Source: Trypanosoma brucei (taxonomy: Eukaryota). Taken from it: 64,000 bases of DNA. Made by a program: the position numbers and the translations under genes. The notes under the pieces were generated by a model that saw only the letters and a list, made by a program, of their open reading frames with translations, made no database searches and was not told the DNA's origin. Every line of letters starts with the position of its first letter. The first letter of the stretch is position 1. The DNA lies in assembly GCA_000002445.1 (NCBI GenBank), contig CH464491.1, forward strand, positions 2,752,001-2,816,000, in the 5' to 3' direction. Below are positions 58,401-64,000 of this stretch, in pieces.

Positions 58401-58983
58401 GGTGTTGGACCCTCAAACACCGCGACCCGTGACTGCCGTGTGTGCCCTTAGCATAATGGGGGGGCTCGTCATAGCGGGTGACACTGGTGGGGCGCTGTGT
58501 GTGTGCTGTGCTCAAAAAGGAGAGGTATTATCAAGAAGGGTTTGGAAGAAGGTGGCTGTCGACGCCCTTTCGGTTGAGAAACAAGAGCGGAGAGAAGGAA
58601 CTGGAGCCGCATCGTGGCGTGTGCTTGCGGCGATGGACTCTGGTGATATCGTGCTTGTGCGTGCTTCAACGCAGGGAATAGAGACGTTGAGTTCTGTGCG
58701 CGTGGGGTTAACGGCGGGTCGGGGGGTGAGTTGGATAAATTGTGGGGAAACGGAAAGCATGAAGGAGCACGATGGGATGGCAGTTGCGGTGAATGATGAG
58801 CGGCTCACTTTTCTACAGATTAGGGGGGACGTTTTCCACGTAGCAGGAGAGAGGCGTGTAAACGTCCGCGGGGTCAGTGGGCTTGCCATCGACCCATCCG
58901 CATCACCGCCAGATATGTGCGTGGTGGTGGGTCAGGGTGTTGAGACCGTACCGTTACGATGGGAATCATGCTTCGTTGCATGA
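55435..58983 (+). CDS. Large WD40-repeat protein (~1180 aa).
   Basis: The track start at 55339 is not an ATG. The first in-frame ATG is at 55435 (MRPQADRSS...). WD-repeat-like blades recur along the protein: ATCSDDRTATVYV, ATGGEDGTVNVLCF, SCGFDGCVYYTRL, VVGGSDGALRIFGF and IAGDTGGALCVC. Confidence 0.65.
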   Translation: MRPQADRSSFLHAPVTAVSVSSSWFCLAVGHRVLASSVDDDMDHGSVFVVTELPNGAVITALEQHRMSCIATNELITSAVVIGSADRVYAAPLYRNELREGAPPAAKPHNSVLLLSLNNFARVLYIQSLGDVAAILVLTTLNSAHVIPEQHLMVGWDASAGVARREESQGIVLRRTVKGLGIALAASALMTADRYNILIFTGTYAGGVAVWSVPIASAEQQLRGMDDGTESLPVLSRISAHSPGCAVFAVKAVAIGGSGEQRNGSAVTSRICVATCSDDRTATVYVSHSDHSVGEDTCTASHYQLTEKTRWVCCWRGSRAALARRRLFDISILPTRTHSRVVVATGGEDGTVNVLCFNQGELEAAETPLKPQTIHCRTHQHEGSGVYKVALVEHAVSSGYVTAVVSCGFDGCVYYTRLQPSELRKATLIPCTPIKQRCHVRGLHCDDNGTLLACTEDEFIIIHFHKGDTSPHEQRFPLPTTCSGKKDVPSCLSAITSLSPPLVPSNNFAPKHIALIGTTGGGVYGVLYGAWYSNAAEKENGGRAPTTVVKLMTSSSKVLFVRGLQYQQHLVLATVHAGGQLVVSAFENIYERSTEWLSAVCAGTHTTALTLRLMKRTLRRECLCILTGDDEGSLYIHTVEPGESQETQPLAWRDRLFQSPVAAVDTEEVVLPTSNSETRVTVLSHQGEWRALVVDSDDILKVDIRSISCPLLLPWRVSTVLAWSNGAAKCGKGSNDLSFAVTLFGTDITVFSRRSQISGWHPIAQCHEVRAPRLLTAAVSSGVAADGAEGKGQYAYVCHCSNGREGEWCEYNPENSSRLLYGGVATGRDYNTVIVLPEPAACILCGAEQSTVSVLSLPSKATNAMETPQTLSGPHESNILGMSYCSIADGSVTCGEEVRFVTVGSLATVAVWEWSVRHSWRVMAHMNVRQQRVRGNGDSAVDGPTATTSQCVPRFLSVCTTAKDIVVGGSDGALRIFGFTSKLILRQKVVLDPQTPRPVTAVCALSIMGGLVIAGDTGGALCVCCAQKGEVLSRRVWKKVAVDALSVEKQERREGTGAASWRVLAAMDSGDIVLVRASTQGIETLSSVRVGLTAGRGVSWINCGETESMKEHDGMAVAVNDERLTFLQIRGDVFHVAGERRVNVRGVSGLAIDPSASPPDMCVVVGQGVETVPLRWESCFVA

Positions 58984-59149
58984 TTCATTTCTTTTTCACC
59001 CCTTAATCGTTCTAACGTTGATAGCTTAATATTTACCGGACCGCAAACTGTGTTGTGCTTCTGGTGAAGCTTCGTTGCCGTCTTGCCTGGGCGAACCGGT
59101 CTCTGCATCACAGTTAATTCTTGCTTTCGTGAGTTTTGTTTGATGATAA

Positions 59150-59215
59150 ATACGCCCTTTGCACTCCCGTTCACTACCTCTCATCGCCATCTTTTCCACC
59201 CTTGCATAAACACCT
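59150..59215 (+). promoter_or_regulatory. Polypyrimidine-rich tract upstream of the 59453 CDS.
   Basis: aatacgccctttgcactcccgttcactacctctcatcgccatcttttccacccttgcataaacacc. Confidence 0.4.
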
Positions 59216-59452
59216 CGCTAAGTGCCGCCAACGTCTAGCTCAGGTCCCAAAAGCGAGCGCCACGAATATCGCGGGTGGCACAAAACCTATTTGTCCGGTC
59301 ACTTCGCCGTGGATGTGTTACTGCCGTAACTTTTCTTAAAAAGAGAGACAGCAGCCGCAAAACGGTAGGAGAGAGAGAGAGAGCGAGAGGTATCAGAGGG
59401 AGAGCACAAAGATAAATCTCAGCATCACAAGGAGCTTAGCTACCACACATAG

Positions 59453-62209
59453 ATGGTGTACAACAAAGTGCTGCGAGCTTTAGTTTGTCGCGCTGCTGCA
59501 TATAACCGTCCCTTCAACAGCCACGACTCCCTGCTGATATTGAAGTCTCTCCACACATTGCGGTACCGCAGCAGTGAGGTAAAGGTGATATGTGAGAAAT
59601 GCGCCTTCGCGATAGCCTCCGCGCACATCTCCGTGCCGGTGGAACGTGTGATTGAGGCTCTGAATGCCCTCACTTCTCTTCAAGCGGGAAGTAAACCAGT
59701 GGTGTGGGAACGCTTAGCAGCGCGGTTGTTGGAAGTAACAACAAGAACTGCCTCCCCACAGGCTGTGCAAAAAGCCGCTGTGGTGGTTGTTAAACTGGGC
59801 AGGCGATATGGTAGAAGGGATGTAGCAGAGCACATATTTGATGTACTAATGGAGCTGCTGCCTCTGTACCCACAGGATGTAGCGCTGCGGCTAGCCGTCA
59901 TTAGCGTGTTTCCATACACTGTTTCCAACAACGGCAGTGGTGCGGTAAGCATCGGGGGACAAATTGAGGGAAACACGCGTGTGGATGGAGTTCTCAATGC
60001 GGCCCTCCACTTAGTTGAGACTGGGACTCTTCGTACTGTGCGAGGTAACAGTGCACTACAAGCGCTCCACATGTATCCTGTTATAGCGTGGTGTTGGAAG
60101 GAGTCGGGCATCCACGGCTGTCAAGTAGGCGATGAATTAGCCAATCCCACAGGCGGTAAAAAGCAGGGTCTGTGGGCAGATCCATGGGTGAAAGTGAAGA
60201 ATGCTTTTTTTGAAGATCTACGTTTACACACCGTCGTTCCAGGCGGTTATGCTCAGTTTCTGCACGACTTCCTTTCGTCATGTGCCAGAAAGGGCGATCA
60301 AAGTAACGACTACCAATTCACCCTTAAACTTCTCGGTGTGGCCCTGCACAGGGACTTCAAGAGGGCGTTGAACTCATACGACGTGGCCAAAATGGCGACT
60401 GTAGTAAGCGGTGAGGTTCAGAGGCACGGCAGGTATTTGGAAGAAACGCAAAGGGGTGAACAGAAGGATCAAGGGGTTGTGCCTCCAAGAGACGAAATTA
60501 GTATGATGTTGCTTCGAGTTGTGGAGAGCCTTGTAGAACAAGTGCAGTTCTTTTACAATACTTCTTGGTCATGTCGAAACCAAGTCGGTAACACTGGCAA
60601 TCGTGTCGACCAAGTGGTCATTGGTGCTGTGTGGGGAGCGGTGCAGAAGTTGGTTTGCACTCTTCCCGTAGAACCAACAAAGGTGAAGGCGCTGATGGAA
60701 ATGCTGGTCGGCCTGACCAGCGACACGGCTGGTGATCTTCAGAGCGTATGGTCGTGGGTGTTCTACTCCATGAGTATGTGTGCGCGCACCCCTGTGTTTA
60801 CAGAAGAGCTTAGTCAGGCGGCTAAGAAGGTTGTGAAGGAATCTTCCATTCTTCGGAACGGAGATCACATGTTTGAACGCCATCCGTTCACAATGCGATC
60901 TGCCGTCCAGGCCCTCTACGCGGTTGCGTTGTGGGTGCCGGATGGGGTGACAAAAAAGGGTGCAGGAGAAAAACAAATCAATGAGGGTAATCCTACTCAC
61001 TGGGGTCCTGCGCAGTTGCTAGCGGATAAACTGGTGAAGCAACTGGAGCAGTGCCGCTACAAGGAATATCTCGCGGATGACCTACCAATGCTTCTTCGAG
61101 CTCTTGTCAACCTCACCGAAGCCGGCATCCTTGAGCCAAAAGAGCATTCGTCGGCGCTCAAGTTGGTTGAGAATGTGCTGTATTATATGAAAGGCTTACG
61201 CGATGATGGGTGGTGCCACAGGCATGGTATTAACGTTTGTTGCAGTCTTGTGTCACTTGGTGAGTATCTACTCGGCAACGAATTGGTGACAGACGTTGTC
61301 AAATATCTAGCGAGTGGAATGTCCGTTTCTGTTCCCGAGAACCTCGAAGAGCTCCGCCGACTATTGAGGTGCATGCTCTCACTTAAGCATAGCGTCCCTC
61401 CTGCCGCAACCGATGCAACGACGGGCCTCAGCAGTAGTTCTGTAACACTTTTTAAAGCCGTCGCTGACTGCATCCTTCCAGTTGTGGTAGAAACAGTGCA
61501 GCGCATCTGTGGTGCCAGTAAGAGTAATAGCACGGGAAAGAATATTTCTCTTGCTCTCAGCGTTACTGAGCTCGCTTCCAAACTTGGAGCCACTCTAACA
61601 TTCACGTTTTCTGCTAACAAAGTCGGCGAAATCGTTGCCAACGGTGATTTATGCTCGTCACGAACGGTCGTTGAGCTAAACGTCCCCGCTCTACTTGAAA
61701 AGGTTCAGATGACAGCAGCAGATTCAGCACATATGCTTTACTTGATTAGCTTTGCTTTGAGTAGTGTAACCGTCTCTCAGAAAATGTGCAGAGAGTCCAA
61801 ATCGTGCATACTACGGCTTCGTCAGGCCGCCATTAGCGATAAACCACCAGGTAGCATGCGCGTGGAGACCTTAGTGCACCTACTTCGAGCAAATGCTAAG
61901 CTGCCAGTGTCTAAGATTCTGTTTGATGAAAGGGATCTCCTGACCATAATGGAGGCTGTGTGTTACCATCTAACGTCCTATCGCGAAAAAACAGCGGTGT
62001 TGAAACGTGGCGGAGATGCGGAAAGGGTCGTGCACGCGCTGGTCTACTCGCAGGTGCTTCTGCGGCTGAAGCGTACCCTGAAGAGTTACGCAGGTTTGAT
62101 GGAGACAGTGAGTGACATACTCAGTAAGATGGAAGCGGAGCAAACGGAAACGCCCGAGACATTGTTTCAGCTGCGTCTGTTATGTGATGCTGGGGAGATT
62201 GTGTGGTGA
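59453..62209 (+). CDS. Hypothetical protein (918 aa), helical-repeat-rich, with a basic N-terminus (MVYNKVLRALVCRAAAYNRPF) that may indicate organellar targeting.
   Basis: ATG at 59453, preceded by a polyY tract at 59150-59215. This is a 2.76-kb ORF. I recognised no catalytic or family motifs. Confidence 0.65.
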   Translation: MVYNKVLRALVCRAAAYNRPFNSHDSLLILKSLHTLRYRSSEVKVICEKCAFAIASAHISVPVERVIEALNALTSLQAGSKPVVWERLAARLLEVTTRTASPQAVQKAAVVVVKLGRRYGRRDVAEHIFDVLMELLPLYPQDVALRLAVISVFPYTVSNNGSGAVSIGGQIEGNTRVDGVLNAALHLVETGTLRTVRGNSALQALHMYPVIAWCWKESGIHGCQVGDELANPTGGKKQGLWADPWVKVKNAFFEDLRLHTVVPGGYAQFLHDFLSSCARKGDQSNDYQFTLKLLGVALHRDFKRALNSYDVAKMATVVSGEVQRHGRYLEETQRGEQKDQGVVPPRDEISMMLLRVVESLVEQVQFFYNTSWSCRNQVGNTGNRVDQVVIGAVWGAVQKLVCTLPVEPTKVKALMEMLVGLTSDTAGDLQSVWSWVFYSMSMCARTPVFTEELSQAAKKVVKESSILRNGDHMFERHPFTMRSAVQALYAVALWVPDGVTKKGAGEKQINEGNPTHWGPAQLLADKLVKQLEQCRYKEYLADDLPMLLRALVNLTEAGILEPKEHSSALKLVENVLYYMKGLRDDGWCHRHGINVCCSLVSLGEYLLGNELVTDVVKYLASGMSVSVPENLEELRRLLRCMLSLKHSVPPAATDATTGLSSSSVTLFKAVADCILPVVVETVQRICGASKSNSTGKNISLALSVTELASKLGATLTFTFSANKVGEIVANGDLCSSRTVVELNVPALLEKVQMTAADSAHMLYLISFALSSVTVSQKMCRESKSCILRLRQAAISDKPPGSMRVETLVHLLRANAKLPVSKILFDERDLLTIMEAVCYHLTSYREKTAVLKRGGDAERVVHALVYSQVLLRLKRTLKSYAGLMETVSDILSKMEAEQTETPETLFQLRLLCDAGEIVW

Positions 62210-62610
62210 CATGGAACACAATTAAAATCCGGCTACTGTGCCATCATAGATGCGTAAGAATAAAGGGGGTTTGGGACACCTGCAGGTACGTGCGCACAAG
62301 TCACTTCTGTTTTTTAAAAAACTTACTTCGTTCGGGCCCCCGTGCCGTCCCTTCCTTAATGTCTTATTCATACAACCGCTTTTATTTCACCTGAACTTCA
62401 CGTCATGCACTTGCTGCTATTTGTTTATCGCTTTTTCCCCCTAAACGTGGAGTCCTTCAGCAGAAGGGAATTGAGGGGGGGGCTGGGGCAGTTTCTTTAC
62501 CGACCCCAAAATAACCTAACGAGGAACGAGAAAAAGGAAAAGAGAAGGAAGTAAAACCTTAACTGCAACGAAGCACGGTGCTACTGAGCAGAAAGAACAA
62601 GTTATTGTCA

Positions 62611-62634
62611 CCACACTTTCTTCTTTTTTTTTCC
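62611..62634 (+). promoter_or_regulatory. Polypyrimidine tract immediately upstream of the SNF2 ATPase start codon. An additional tract lies at 62378-62452.
   Basis: ccacactttcttctttttttttcc. The sequence ggataATG follows. Confidence 0.45.
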
Positions 62635-62639
62635 GGATA

Positions 62640-64000
62640 ATGTCAAGTTCGCGAAAACGCCCCCGCGAGAGTGGTGTTGGTGATTTACACATCACTGTCG
62701 AGGCCCAACAAGCAGACGGTATTCCCCCCACAGCTTGTGCCCGACATCTTTCGTTGCTTTTGCAGCAGCGTCAACAGCAGCGGCTGCGACTTGCCGCGGC
62801 CCCTCTTTCTTTCAGCTATGCACCCGTCACTGTCCTTTCGCCATGGCAGCGGGTGACTCTGTCCTCTTTCCAGCGTCTGCACGGCAGTGAACAGGATGAA
62901 CGTCACGCCGTCGGCCTCCGCCGCGCGCTCCAGCGGGATCTCGGGCGATACATGGAGGACACGAAACGCCGTGAAGAGCGCATTCGAGCGGAGCAACGGG
63001 AGGCACGTGCAAGGCTTGGGGCTAGACTCTCCACCGCTGTGGGGAAATTGTGGTCGAGGCGTGGGGACATTTTCCAGCAGCTCCTGGCGGTCGAGTTTGA
63101 CGAGGTGAAACAACGTCGGGCGGAGCAACGGCAGGAAGATCTGTTGCGGGAAGCTGAAAACCTCACTCGCACGCTCTTGGAAAGCATCTTTTCCGATGTG
63201 AAGTGTAACGATAAAGATGATGGGGGGAGAGGTGGGAACATCAGTGAAAATGTGGTTGCACTTCTGGAGGGCGGGGATGAAACAAATATAAGCTGTGGTG
63301 CACAGCTGGAGACCTCACTGTCATTACTCGATACTCAAGGGGGCAGCAGGCAGCTGCGTGACTATCAGCGCTCCGCTCTCCGTTGGATGACAAACCTGTA
63401 CAGCAGGGGGCTGAACGGTATTTTAGCTGATGAAATGGGGCTTGGGAAAACTATTCAGACAATTGCATTGCTTGCTTACTATGCTGAGTACAAGAACGAC
63501 TGGGGACCTCACCTTATTGTCGTCCCCACAACGGTTGTGTTAAACTGGAAGGCGGAATTCCAGCGCTGGTGTCCGGGTCTTCAGGTCATTGTATATATGG
63601 GCTCAAAAAAAGAACGACATCGGGTGCGACAGGGGTGGATGCAGGAGGATGCATTTAATATTTGCATTACCTCGTACAACCAGGTGGTGAAAGACCGAGT
63701 GGTCTTTCGCCGGCGCCCATGGGGATTCCTCGTCCTTGATGAGGCGCATCAAGTTAAGAACTTTATGAGCAAAAAATGGCAATCTCTCTTTGACCTTCAG
63801 GTCGAATATCGGCTGCTGCTGACCGGCACGCCTCTACAAAACTCTATAATGGAGCTTTGGTCTCTTTTTCACCTGCTCCTTCCGTCCGCATCGGCGTTTA
63901 GCTCCGATCAGGAGTTTCGCGAGTGGTTCAGTAATCCCATGGAGGAAATGGTCACGGGGCGCGCCGCCCTCAACGAAGGTATCGTGCGTCGGCTGCAGGC
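62640..64000 (+). CDS. SNF2-family chromatin-remodelling ATPase, SWR1/SRCAP-like. Only the N-terminal ~453 aa are present and the gene is truncated by the window end.
   Basis: ATG at 62640. There is no stop codon through 64000, which is why the ORF is missing from the track. The helicase motifs are LRDYQRSALRWMTNLYSRGLNGILADEMGLGKTIQTIALLAYY (Q-motif and Walker A), LVLDEAHQVKN (DEAH box) and LLLTGTPLQNSIMELWSLFHLLLP (motif III). A polyY tract at 62611-62634 lies immediately upstream. Confidence 0.85.
   Translation, partial: MSSSRKRPRESGVGDLHITVEAQQADGIPPTACARHLSLLLQQRQQQRLRLAAAPLSFSYAPVTVLSPWQRVTLSSFQRLHGSEQDERHAVGLRRALQRDLGRYMEDTKRREERIRAEQREARARLGARLSTAVGKLWSRRGDIFQQLLAVEFDEVKQRRAEQRQEDLLREAENLTRTLLESIFSDVKCNDKDDGGRGGNISENVVALLEGGDETNISCGAQLETSLSLLDTQGGSRQLRDYQRSALRWMTNLYSRGLNGILADEMGLGKTIQTIALLAYYAEYKNDWGPHLIVVPTTVVLNWKAEFQRWCPGLQVIVYMGSKKERHRVRQGWMQEDAFNICITSYNQVVKDRVVFRRRPWGFLVLDEAHQVKNFMSKKWQSLFDLQVEYRLLLTGTPLQNSIMELWSLFHLLLPSASAFSSDQEFREWFSNPMEEMVTGRAALNEGIVRRLQ

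Noticed and set aside
1-64000. A prokaryote-style defence or biosynthetic 'system' (operon, toxin-antitoxin pair, restriction-modification or phage island).
   Set aside because: The sequence has eukaryotic kinetoplastid architecture: kb-scale unidirectional ORFs, polyY/AG processing signals and adaptin/eIF4G/SNF2 genes. The adjacent genes are functionally unrelated. The only pathway-like unit is the single-chain GH65-beta-PGM fusion, which is reported above.

Overview
This 64-kb window reads as a nuclear chromosome segment from a trypanosomatid, most likely a Trypanosoma species. Every long ORF (about 20, spanning 0.5–12 kb) lies head-to-tail on the + strand and none has an intron signature. 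The genes are separated by roughly 0.4–2 kb spacers containing polypyrimidine tracts followed by AG, poly(T) runs and (TA)n microsatellites. That is the architecture of a single Pol II polycistronic transcription unit processed by trans-splicing and polyadenylation. Overall GC is near 50% and coding GC3 is mixed, which argues against Leishmania. All minus-strand ORFs are short and antisense to the + genes, so I treat them as spurious.

Several ORF-track 'M' starts are in fact GTG or TTG codons. I moved those starts to the first in-frame ATG.

Products I can support from the sequence:
- an eIF4G-like MIF4G protein with a poly-Q tract
- a COG2-like tethering subunit
- a tandem kinase-like protein
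- an ExoIII/APE2-like AP endonuclease
- an AP-3 beta adaptin
- an OS-9-like MRH lectin
- a large WD40 protein
- a 5' fragment of a SWR1/SRCAP-type SNF2 ATPase
- a bacterial-type GH65 disaccharide phosphorylase fused to a HAD beta-phosphoglucomutase-like domain
- a 4083-aa giant protein whose centre is a tandem array of about 4.5 near-identical 504-bp (168-aa) repeats, flanked by older diverged copies

I found no prokaryote-style defence island, CRISPR array, rRNA or tRNA, and no recognisable retroelement. The most unusual items are the giant repeat protein and the GH65–beta-PGM fusion.
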